From assembly GCA_002402995.1 (NCBI GenBank), contig DHGX01000003.1:82309-146308 (forward strand): 64,000 nucleotides of DNA. The letters are read 5' to 3'. Positions 1 to 7,891 of this stretch are shown one piece after another. The stretch is from Patescibacteria group bacterium UBA4787. Its GTDB lineage: Bacteria; Patescibacteriota; Patescibacteriia; UBA2591; UBA4787. A model generated the notes under the pieces. The model did no database searches, was not told the DNA's origin, and saw nothing but the letters and a program-made list of their open reading frames with translations. A program made the translations under genes and the position numbers. The first letter of the stretch is position 1; every line of letters begins with the position of its first letter.

Positions 1-426
1 TTTTCCACTACTACCGAGGAAAGATTTTTCTCGCGTGAAACAACCCATCGAACTGGGTGATTATTTTCCGCGAGCTTTTTTTTGATATTTAGGGCTACTT
101 CGGCTAAACGATTAATTTTATTATTTTCAGTATAAACACTGAAACCGAAATAAATTTTACCAGAATATTTTATTAAGTAATTAAGGACCAGTTTTTCTAA
201 TTCTGCCCGATTTTTTATTTTATCTAAAATTATCCCGACCTTAATTACGCCACCCAATTGTTTTATATGTTCGTCTAAATTTAAGATTTGATCGTCCGCA
301 TCAACAATTAAAAAATTTTCATCGGCCGATACCAGATTAAAATTTATTTTGTTTTTGATGAGATAGGCGTCCAGTTCGGCTATTGACAAACTTGGATTAC
401 GGCCTAAAATAAAAAAATATTTCATG
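1..426 (-). CDS. Partial CDS: N-terminal part of a hypothetical protein that runs off the window edge; possibly a THUMP/RNA-methyltransferase-like protein. Start codon is the reverse complement of cat at 424-426.
   Basis: Open minus-strand frame from an ATG at 426 to the window edge, translating as MKYFFILGRNPSLSIAELDAYL... Absent from the ORF track because no stop lies in the window. Product guess is weak. Confidence 0.45.
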
Positions 427-603
427 TCCTTTATTATACCTGAATTTAACATCTTGCTCAAATTCTTAGTTTTTGGTATAATTGGTAGCGAGGAGTTCAA
501 ATAAATCCGCCAGCTGGCGGATTTGATTTGACTCCGAGCGCCCCAATTTCACGAGCGAAGCGAGTTTAATTAAATTCTTAAATTAAAATTACTTAAATTA
601 ATT

Positions 604-1074
604 ATGTACGACCTACTCTATATTATTCCCACGCCTTATACGGAAACAGACCTTCCGGCCATACAAAAAGGAATCGTTGCGGCGATTGAAAATTTGGGCG
701 GCAAAATTGTTAAAGAAGAAAATCTTGGCAGCAAGAAATTGGCTTATCCTATAAAGCTCGTGCGCCGAGGATTTTATATTTTAGTCGTTTTTGAAGTAGC
801 CAAAGATAAATTAGCTGAACTTAATAAGCAATTTATGTTAATGCCGGAAATTTTGCGTTTTCAAATAACCATCAAACTTAAGGAACAATTGAGAAAAAGG
901 AGAACACCCCGTCCAAAAATAAAAATCGACGAAGAGATAATAATTGAAGAGAAACACGAGACCGAAGATAAAAAAGAACCATCAGCTCCCAAAGAACGGA
1001 AAGAGCATATAAAATTAGAGGATCTGGACGACAAAGACTTGGATCAAAAAATCGACGATTTATTAAAAATCTAA
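604..1074 (+). CDS. rpsF: 30S ribosomal protein S6 with an acidic/lysine-rich C-terminal extension.
   Basis: Translation YIIPTPYTETDLPAIQKGIVAAIENLGGKI... is typical S6. It opens the conserved rpsF-ssb-rpsR order. Confidence 0.9.
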   Translation: MYDLLYIIPTPYTETDLPAIQKGIVAAIENLGGKIVKEENLGSKKLAYPIKLVRRGFYILVVFEVAKDKLAELNKQFMLMPEILRFQITIKLKEQLRKRRTPRPKIKIDEEIIIEEKHETEDKKEPSAPKERKEHIKLEDLDDKDLDQKIDDLLKI

Positions 1075-1093
1075 ATTTAATAATTTATTTTTT

Positions 1094-1528
1094 ATGAATA
1101 TAAATAGAGCATTGATTTGCGGGAATACGACAAGAGATCCAGAGGTAAAGACTATCCCCAGCGGACAAAATGTCGCGACTTTTTCCGTGGCCACCAACCG
1201 CACTTGGACTAATAAAAGCGGGCAAAAACAGGAAGAAGTTGATTTTCATAATATCGTTGCGTGGGGAAGGCTCGCGGAAATTGTTGGCCAATATTTAAAA
1301 AAAGGACAGATAGTTTTTGTGGAAGGCCGGATTCATACTCGAAGTTGGGAAGATCAAAGCGGTAACAAAAAATATCGTACAGAAATTATTGCTGAAAAAG
1401 TTCAGCTGGGGCCTCGATCGGGCATGGCAAGAAATGAATCAGCCGAAGAACGTTCCACGGAAATTCACGAAGAGGTTGAACCAAGCAAAACTGAAGAAGA
1501 AATTAACGTTGACGAAATTCCATTCTAA
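1094..1528 (+). CDS. ssb: Single-stranded DNA-binding protein.
   Basis: OB-fold SSB sequence (HNIVAWGRLAEIVGQYLKKGQIVFVEGRIHTRSWED) with an acidic tail ending in the DEIPF motif. Position between rpsF and rpsR fits. Confidence 0.9.
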   Translation: MNINRALICGNTTRDPEVKTIPSGQNVATFSVATNRTWTNKSGQKQEEVDFHNIVAWGRLAEIVGQYLKKGQIVFVEGRIHTRSWEDQSGNKKYRTEIIAEKVQLGPRSGMARNESAEERSTEIHEEVEPSKTEEEINVDEIPF

Positions 1529-1552
1529 AATAAATTAAGATAATAATATTCT

Positions 1553-1825
1553 ATGTTTAATAAAAATAGTCCAACCAGAACTAACAGAACTAATAGAACC
1601 AACAGGAACGTTCAACAGATCCAACAAAAACATTGTTATTTTTGTGTAAACAGCATCAATGATATAGATTATAAAAACATTGAGTTGCTAAGACGTTTTT
1701 TATCTTCTTATTATAAAATATTGCCACGACGCAAAAGAGGCACTTGCGCCAAACATCAGAGAAGATTGGCCGATGCTATAAAAAGAGCAAGATTTATGGC
1801 TTTGGTTCCTTTCATTAAACAATAG
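1553..1825 (+). CDS. rpsR: 30S ribosomal protein S18.
   Basis: Conserved S18 core CYFC...[48 protein letters not shown]. The N-terminus carries a tandem NRT repeat ([10 protein letters not shown]) encoded by 9-nt DNA repeats. Confidence 0.9.
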   Translation: MFNKNSPTRTNRTNRTNRNVQQIQQKHCYFCVNSINDIDYKNIELLRRFLSSYYKILPRRKRGTCAKHQRRLADAIKRARFMALVPFIKQ

Positions 1826-1888
1826 GAACGAATTATGAATTAGGAATATAGAATTAGGAATATGGAAGTTTTTAAATTCTATATTCTA

Positions 1889-1942
1889 CCCCGAACCACG
1901 CCGGGTTCGGGGTAGCCCAGCACCCTACGTGGTGCTGGGCTA
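1889..1942. repeat. REP-like GC-rich double-hairpin element, copy 1 (ccccgaaccacgccgggttcgggg + tagcccagcaccctacgtggtgctgggcta).
   Basis: Two perfect hairpins read directly from the sequence. Near-identical copies lie at 48258-48311 (same orientation) and 60227-60280 (inverted). Confidence 0.8.
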
Positions 1943-1982
1943 AATTCTAGATTCTACTTTCTATTTTCTAACTTCTAATTTC

Positions 1983-2543
1983 ATGTTAGACATTAACGAC
2001 TTAAAAAAAATTGGCACCATTATTCAAATTGAAGATCAGCCATATTCGGTGGTTGAAGCTCAGCATGCGCGAGCCGCTCGAGGGAGGGCGTTTGTCCGCA
2101 CCAAACTTAAAAATTTAATTACCGGATCGACACTGGAGAAAACATTTAACGCTTCGGATAAAGTCAAAGAAGCAGATGTCGAAAGGATAAGGGCTAATTT
2201 TTTATATCGAGACGGAGAAGCCTTTGTTTTTATGGAGAATAAAAACTATGAGCAATTTTTTCTATCACAGCAAATTTTAGGAGGCCAGGAAATTTTTTTA
2301 AAAGATAATACAGAAGTGATGCTGGTTTTATTTAATAAGCAACCGATAAACATCGAATTACCCAAAAAGATAGAGTTAAAAGTTGTTTCCGCGCCGCCCG
2401 GAGTTAAAGGGAACACTGCTTCCGGCGCCAGCAAGGTTGCTACATTAGAAACCGGCCTGGATATTTTGGTTCCGCTTTTTATTAATGAGGGCGATATTGT
2501 AAGAATCAACACCGAAAAAGGCGAATATTTAGAAAGAGTTTAA
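1983..2543 (+). CDS. efp: Translation elongation factor P.
   Basis: Matches EF-P over its full length (KKIGTIIQIEDQPYSVVEAQHARAARGRAFVRTKLKNLITG...). Confidence 0.9.
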   Translation: MLDINDLKKIGTIIQIEDQPYSVVEAQHARAARGRAFVRTKLKNLITGSTLEKTFNASDKVKEADVERIRANFLYRDGEAFVFMENKNYEQFFLSQQILGGQEIFLKDNTEVMLVLFNKQPINIELPKKIELKVVSAPPGVKGNTASGASKVATLETGLDILVPLFINEGDIVRINTEKGEYLERV

Positions 2544-2593
2544 TCTGCTTAACAAAATATTTTTTAATATAATTGAAATGGCAAGTAGTTAGC

Positions 2594-2813
2594 GCCTCTA
2601 TAGCTCAATGGATAGAGCGCCGGTCTCCTGCCCGCCACTGCTATTGCCCCCATAGCTCATTGGATAGAGCACTAGTCTTCGGAACTAGGGATGGCGGTTC
2701 GAATCCGTCTGGGGGCAGTGGCAATGGCAGGCGGGCCTTCGCCTCGCCGAAGTGGCTTCGACCACGCAGGCGGGTCGGAACCGGTGATGGGGGTCCGATT
2801 CCCTCTGGATGCA
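2594..2813 (+). other. Split tRNA-Arg(CCT)-like gene. A 5' half (2594-2630, through the anticodon-loop bases CTCCT) and a 3' half (2779-2813) flank the intact tRNA-Arg(TCG). It is either a disrupted gene or an intron-containing one.
   Basis: The 5' half has acceptor GCCTCTA, TA, D-arm GCTC-AATGGATA-GAGC and anticodon stem CCGGT with loop start CTCCT. The 3' half has AACCGG, TGAT, T-arm GGGGG-TCCGATT-CCCTC, acceptor strand TGGATGC and discriminator A. Joined, they give a perfect anticodon arm CCGGT-CUCCUAA-ACCGG (anticodon CCU, U33, A37) and an acceptor stem with 5 Watson-Crick pairs, 1 GU and 1 mismatch. Confidence 0.4.
2646..2717 (+). tRNA. tRNA-Arg, anticodon TCG.
   Basis: Hand-folded cloverleaf. 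Acceptor GCCCCCA/TGGGGGC; D-arm GCTC-ATTGGATA-GAGC; anticodon stem CTAGT/ACTAG with loop CTTCGGA; T-arm GGCGG-TTCGAAT-CCGTC; discriminator A. No encoded CCA. Confidence 0.85.
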
Positions 2814-2825
2814 TTTTTTAAATTA

Positions 2826-2860
2826 AAAAGCGGTATGATATTTTCATACCGCTTTATTAT
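2826..2860. terminator. Bidirectional intrinsic terminator hairpin (agcggtatga-tatt-ttcataccgct) followed by a T-run.
   Basis: Perfect 10-bp stem plus U-tract, lying between the tRNA region and the 3' end of the minus-strand peptidase gene. Confidence 0.6.
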
Positions 2861-2940
2861 TAAGTGAGCGAGTGAAGTGAAAAATGAAGTTTTTCATTTC
2901 CGAGCGAGTGCTGATAACACAGGGTAACGCCCTTTATTTT

Positions 2941-4197
2941 TCACTCGATTTCGGTTTTTAGGTGTTCGATGGCCTTTTCGACGACTGCATCGCCCTTGTC
3001 CAAATAGTCGTCAATGATCATCTTCACCTCGATGTCCGGTTTTAATCCGACGCCGCTGATATTGACTTTCTTGGGTGTGTACCACAGAAAGGATGTAACC
3101 TTGACCGCAGAGCCATCCCTGAGATCAAAGACACTTTGACCACAGCCCTTGCCGTAGGTCGTTTCGCCGATCAATTTGGCTGAAACAATGTCGCGTAAGA
3201 TGCCGGACAAGATCTCACTGGCTGAAGCAGTGTTCTTGTTTACCAGAACTACGATCGGTAGACCCATTAAGGTCTTTCTCGTATAGGCTGTGGTAAACTT
3301 CATTTTGTTTTTGGAGAGCTGTTCGTAGTAAATATCCAGGCTATCTCCTAAGAATAAACCGCTGATTAAAAGGGTTTGTGTCACCAGCCCGCCACCATTG
3401 TTGCGTAGGTCAAGAATAACGCCTTCGGCTTTGTTGGCGATCAGACTGTCAGCGGCTTCGCGCATTTGGTTGAAAGCCAATTCGTTGAATATTGTTAACT
3501 TGATGTAGCCGAGATTGCGCGCGCCACTCTTGACGATTGACCATTCAACGGCTTTAAAGACGATTTTGGCTCTCTTGACTTTCAGGGTAACGACCTCTGA
3601 AGATCCCTTGCGTCGAATAGTGAGATTGACGGTAGTGCCCTCCGGTCCCTTGATTAGAGAAATGATCTTGTTTGTGGTCAGCCCGCGGCAGTTATGCTCA
3701 TTAACTTTGAGCAGGTAATCGCCTACGTTGATGCCGGCATTTTTCGCTGGACCGTCGTAAAGTTCAATGAAGCGGGGCGTGATCGTATCTTTTTTGCCGT
3801 AACCTATCGCCGCTCCAATGCCGTAGAAGCTTGTTTCTTCTTTCATTTCGAGACGAAATTTTTTAGCTTCTTCGGGTTCGTAGAAGCAGGTATAGCGATC
3901 AAAAAGCTGGGCGACTTTTTCGAGACCGTCATAGATTAGGCTTTCTTGGCTGGCGGGGTTTGTTTTTATTTCCCGACTGACTCTTTGCCAGATTGCCTTT
4001 GCTGAATCATTGGGCGTTGAATCCGGCTTAACATAGTTGGTTCTTAACAGAGCGTAAACGCCCCAATAATAACAGGAATCTATAGCGATGGAATTGGTTT
4101 TGGCAGTAGTATCTTTCGGCGCTGTCTGCGCGATTAAGCTGGGGGCAGCGACCGTCATAAACACGGCCGCTAAAACCAGGTAAACCAACTTCTTCAT
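2941..4197 (-). CDS. ctpA: S41 family C-terminal processing peptidase (Ctp/Prc-like) with a signal peptide and a PDZ domain.
   Basis: N-terminal signal/TM segment MKKLVYLVLAAVFMTVAAPSLIA. PDZ-like segment GINVGDYLLKVNEH. S41 catalytic region VVLVNKNTASASEILSGILRD with a downstream K. Confidence 0.8.
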   Translation of the reverse strand: MKKLVYLVLAAVFMTVAAPSLIAQTAPKDTTAKTNSIAIDSCYYWGVYALLRTNYVKPDSTPNDSAKAIWQRVSREIKTNPASQESLIYDGLEKVAQLFDRYTCFYEPEEAKKFRLEMKEETSFYGIGAAIGYGKKDTITPRFIELYDGPAKNAGINVGDYLLKVNEHNCRGLTTNKIISLIKGPEGTTVNLTIRRKGSSEVVTLKVKRAKIVFKAVEWSIVKSGARNLGYIKLTIFNELAFNQMREAADSLIANKAEGVILDLRNNGGGLVTQTLLISGLFLGDSLDIYYEQLSKNKMKFTTAYTRKTLMGLPIVVLVNKNTASASEILSGILRDIVSAKLIGETTYGKGCGQSVFDLRDGSAVKVTSFLWYTPKKVNISGVGLKPDIEVKMIIDDYLDKGDAVVEKAIEHLKTEIE

Positions 4198-4534
4198 AGG
4201 TCTATCTCCTTTTGTATTTTTTGATTTTTAATGATCTAATAATTTAATTTTAGCAGAAAATTAGCATTTTGTCAACCCCGCCTAAATTTTAAATAACCGT
4301 TTTTAAATAAATTTCATAGCGTGTTTTGTGAATACCAGCCCTTGTTTCTAATAGAAATACTATATTAAAATTTGGGCGGGTAGGGAGGAAAAGTTGCGTG
4401 AATTTTTGACGAAAAGGTTATTTTTAGTAGTATTATTAATACTAATCATAACTATATTCTCTTTGAGTTTTAGGTTTTAGGCTTTAAGTTTTATATTTCA
4501 AGTTTTGACTTCTATTTTCTACTTTCTATTTTCC

Positions 4535-4600
4535 CCCGACGCTTTGGTCGGGATCCTCGATTTCTTTATCAAATCAAAAGATTTGGAAGAAATCGGGATA
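4535..4600 (+). promoter_or_regulatory. Conserved 65-nt two-hairpin leader element, copy 1 (cccgacgctttggtcggg + cgatttctttatcaaatcaaaagatttggaagaaatcg). It ends about 12 nt before the rarA ATG.
   Basis: A near-identical copy sits at 48318-48383, directly upstream of the radical-SAM activase start. Both hairpins are perfect or near-perfect. Confidence 0.6.
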
Positions 4601-4612
4601 AATTCTAAGCGT

Positions 4613-5923
4613 ATGGAAACTTTATTTAATCATAATCAGGAATTAGAGCATCCATTGGCCGATCGGATGAGGCCGAAGGATTTTGATGAATTTTTCGGTC
4701 AAGAAAAATTAGTAGGCGAGGGGCAAATTTTGAAGGAATTGATCAAGAAAGACCAGATTCCTTCTATGGTTTTTTGGGGACCGCCCGGTTCGGGTAAAAC
4801 CACGCTGGCGTATTTAATCGCCGAAAAAACCAAATCGCGCTTTATCAAATATTCAGCCGTTACTAATACCAGCGTGGAGGCGAAGAAAATTATGACCGAG
4901 GCAATTGACGAACAAAAAATGTATGGCCGGCGCACGATTTTATTTATTGATGAAATCCATCGTTTTAACAAAGCGCAACAAGCGGTTTTCTTGCCGTTTG
5001 TGGAAAGTGGAGCAGTTATTTTAATTGGCGCCACCACTGAGAACCCTTCTTTAGAAATTATTTCACCCCTTTTGTCGCGCGTCCGAGTTTTTGCTTTAGG
5101 GGCATTGCCGCCGGAAGCCATTGGAAAGATAATTAAACGCGCTTTAACTGACAAAAAAAACGGATTGGGAAAATATAAAATTAAACTTGATAAAAAAGCC
5201 GTAGAGATTTTAATCCAGAGCTCTAACGGCGATGCTCGCGTTCCTTTGAACGCTTTGGAAATCGCCATCAAAATTGTTAAACCGGACAAACAGCGCGTTT
5301 ATCATCTAAGCGCAGAGTTGATTAAAGAGGCCTTACAGTATCGGAATATCAGTTACGATAAGTTGGGTGATGAACATTACAATGTTGTTTCGGCCTTTAT
5401 TAAATCTATGCGAGGCGGCGATCCAAGCGCCGCGGTTTATTATTTGGCGAGAATGATTGTTGCCGGCGAAAATCCGAGATTTATCGTCCGCCGGATGATT
5501 ATTTTTGCTTCTGAAGATATCGGCGATGCTGATCCCAAGGCTTTGTTGTTGGCGATCAGCGCGGCTCAGGCCGTGGAGTTCGTGGGCCTACCGGAAGTAG
5601 AAATTGTTTTGTCCCATGTAGCTATTTATTTGGCCACAACCGCGAAGAGCAATCGTACTTATCAAGCGCTTTTGGCCGCCAAAGAAGATGTGGAGAAATA
5701 TCTGAATCTACCTGTGCCGCTTCATTTGCGTAACGCCGTGACTCCTTTACTTGAAAAAATAGGCTATGGCAAAGATTATCTCTATCCGCACAATTTCCCC
5801 GACGGAAAAGTTGAACAAGTTTACCTGCCCGCTAGCCTGCGCAACAAAGAATATTACCGACCTGAACATTTATTAAAAAATAATAAAAAAGAAAAGGATA
5901 TTAAGGGTCAAGTGGTAAGCTAG
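4613..5923 (+). CDS. rarA: Replication-associated recombination protein A (RarA/MgsA AAA+ ATPase).
   Basis: Walker A GPPGSGKTTLA and Walker B ILFIDEIHRFNK. C-terminal MgsA helical domain (HYNVVSAFIKSMRGGDPSAAVYYLARM). I moved the start to the in-frame ATG at 4613, because the track start at 4505 would translate repeat elements. Confidence 0.85.
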   Translation: METLFNHNQELEHPLADRMRPKDFDEFFGQEKLVGEGQILKELIKKDQIPSMVFWGPPGSGKTTLAYLIAEKTKSRFIKYSAVTNTSVEAKKIMTEAIDEQKMYGRRTILFIDEIHRFNKAQQAVFLPFVESGAVILIGATTENPSLEIISPLLSRVRVFALGALPPEAIGKIIKRALTDKKNGLGKYKIKLDKKAVEILIQSSNGDARVPLNALEIAIKIVKPDKQRVYHLSAELIKEALQYRNISYDKLGDEHYNVVSAFIKSMRGGDPSAAVYYLARMIVAGENPRFIVRRMIIFASEDIGDADPKALLLAISAAQAVEFVGLPEVEIVLSHVAIYLATTAKSNRTYQALLAAKEDVEKYLNLPVPLHLRNAVTPLLEKIGYGKDYLYPHNFPDGKVEQVYLPASLRNKEYYRPEHLLKNNKKEKDIKGQVVS

Positions 5924-6012
5924 GCAGGCGGGCCTGCCGGATAAATTGCGAGACCGCAAATATTATCAACCCAAAATTAAGAGTTTAAAATCATAAACCA
6001 TATTTTTAATTT

Positions 6013-6666
6013 ATGAGATTGCTTTTACATACGTGTTGCGCCACCTGCGGTTCTTATGTGGCCAAATTATTGCAAAATGACTTTTCGGTTGATGTGTTTT
6101 TCTATAATCCAAATATTTACCCGCGCGAAGAACATGAAAGAAGACTAACAGACGTCAAAAAGTTTTGCGATGCTTACGATATTAAATTAATTGAAGGCGA
6201 ATATAATCATCAAAGCTGGCTTGATTATATTAAGGGCTTTGAGGCTTCGCCTGAACAAGGAGAGCGTTGTTTCCGCTGTTATGAATTTCGTTTAAGAAAA
6301 ACAGCCGAATACGCTAAAAATAATAGTTATGATTTTTTTACCACCACGCTTTCCGTTAGTCCTCATAAAAAAGTCGACATTATTAATAAATTAGGGATTG
6401 ATTTGGCCGTAGAAGCGAATGTAAACCCCGTTAGAGATTCAGCCAAACTTATGTTTTTTGAGAAGTACGGAGGCGAAGCCGCCTTACGGCTACCATTTAA
6501 CTATCATTACGTTCAATCCCAAATCTCTAACGGGGTAAAATTTTACGAGGCGGATTTTAAGAAAAAGGACGGCTTTAAAAAGAGTATTGAACGCGCCAAG
6601 GAATTTGATTTTTATCGTCAAAATTATTGCGGTTGCGAATTTTCCAACCCCCGTGGAAAACAATAA
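6013..6666 (+). CDS. queH: Epoxyqueuosine reductase QueH (DUF208 family).
   Basis: LLLHTCCATCGSY N-terminal cysteine motif and C-terminal YCGCEFS motif, at the length typical of QueH. Confidence 0.65.
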   Translation: MRLLLHTCCATCGSYVAKLLQNDFSVDVFFYNPNIYPREEHERRLTDVKKFCDAYDIKLIEGEYNHQSWLDYIKGFEASPEQGERCFRCYEFRLRKTAEYAKNNSYDFFTTTLSVSPHKKVDIINKLGIDLAVEANVNPVRDSAKLMFFEKYGGEAALRLPFNYHYVQSQISNGVKFYEADFKKKDGFKKSIERAKEFDFYRQNYCGCEFSNPRGKQ

Positions 6667-6755
6667 AAACTTTTCAATTTTTGTTTTTATGATATACTTA
6701 ATCTTTAATTCGTAATTTATTTGTTTTCTAGCTTCTACTTACTATTTTCTAACTC

Positions 6756-7106
6756 ATGAACCCCGAACATTGGGAAGATATAATTGGAAAAATAAAAGAC
6801 AAATTTAACGATGCTGTCCACGTTAAAGAAGATTTTGTGATTGAAGAAAATAATATGGGGGAAAAAATTATGGGCGAGATGGAAAGGATTGAATTTACGT
6901 CGCCTGTCGGTAAAATTCGTCTGGAAAAAATTAAAAAACCAGCGATTTTGGGTAAACGCCTTTTATATTCTAACCGGATAGGCAGTGAGACAAAAGTCGA
7001 CCGCGTTTACTCTAATGAAGACATGGTTGAGCATATAAATATCTATCGTTTGAATGAAACAGAGAACGAGTGGATTAAATTAGACGAGCACAATTTGTCT
7101 CTTTAA
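6756..7106 (+). CDS. Hypothetical protein.
   Basis: 116-aa ORF preceded by the TTCTA-type upstream motif. No recognisable domain. Confidence 0.5.
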   Translation: MNPEHWEDIIGKIKDKFNDAVHVKEDFVIEENNMGEKIMGEMERIEFTSPVGKIRLEKIKKPAILGKRLLYSNRIGSETKVDRVYSNEDMVEHINIYRLNETENEWIKLDEHNLSL

Positions 7107-7150
7107 ATTTTGTTTCTTAGTTCGTAATTCTACTTTCTACTTTCTAACCT

Positions 7151-7891
7151 ATGCTTCGTTGGATAAAAAACCCGCCATTTATTTTTCCGATTGTTATCGG
7201 CTCGATTCTATTTTTGGTTTTCAATATATGGCTTTTTAGCCAGTATTATAAGTATATTTTATTTGTCGGCTTAATTGTTTTATTTGTCTTTTTTATTTTA
7301 ATATTTATTCTTTTTTTAGATAATAAATTAAAAAAATATTGGCCGATATTCCTTCAGCTTATATTATTCGTTTTAATGGCTTATTTTTTCACATTTTTTA
7401 TCTCACGGATACGCGAACATTTAATTTTTTCTATTGTTGTCACTTTTTTATTTTGGATTCTCTTGGAAAATTTGCGCAGATTTTTTTATCAGCCACGGCT
7501 TTATCGTTTTGAGTTTCTTAGAAATTTAACTCCTTGGTTAAATTTTGTTATCGGATTTTGCGGTTTCTCTATTTTAAACGGCCTAGCCTTGCTTTATCGG
7601 ATTCCGCAATTATTTCTTCTACCTTTTGTTTTTTTATTAAGCTTTTGGTTGTATTATTTTTTCATATATCTTGAACGACTGGCTCCAGAAAATGAGCCCA
7701 ACCTAACGATCCCTAAATATGATTGGCAATCGATTCTAGTTTTTTGTCTGGCTATTTCGGAAATATATATTGTTCTGAATTTTTTGCCCACCACTTTTCA
7801 CTTGAACGGTTTAATAGAAATCACATTTTTAAATTTAATCTATTATTTATGGAAAAACCATCAAAAAAAATATCCATCGCCAACGATTTAG
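7151..7891 (+). CDS. Hypothetical polytopic membrane protein.
   Basis: Several hydrophobic F/L/I-rich predicted TM segments. Preceded by the ttctactttctactttcta motif. Confidence 0.55.
   Translation: MLRWIKNPPFIFPIVIGSILFLVFNIWLFSQYYKYILFVGLIVLFVFFILIFILFLDNKLKKYWPIFLQLILFVLMAYFFTFFISRIREHLIFSIVVTFLFWILLENLRRFFYQPRLYRFEFLRNLTPWLNFVIGFCGFSILNGLALLYRIPQLFLLPFVFLLSFWLYYFFIYLERLAPENEPNLTIPKYDWQSILVFCLAISEIYIVLNFLPTTFHLNGLIEITFLNLIYYLWKNHQKKYPSPTI

Noticed and set aside
2573-2821. 82-aa + strand ORF spanning the tRNA region.
   Set aside because: It is translated straight through tRNA-Arg(TCG) and the flanking tRNA-like halves, which makes it a non-coding RNA locus.
4699-5289. 196-aa minus-strand ORF inside rarA. 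Similar antisense ORFs lie inside the giant genes, ileS, rbcL, pilB, pnp, glmS and dnaK (for example 10353-10712, 13944-14528, 23035-23502, 30524-31159, 46821-47183).
   Set aside because: They are antisense to strongly supported conserved genes. They have no RBS or conserved motifs and show the typical shadow-ORF composition.
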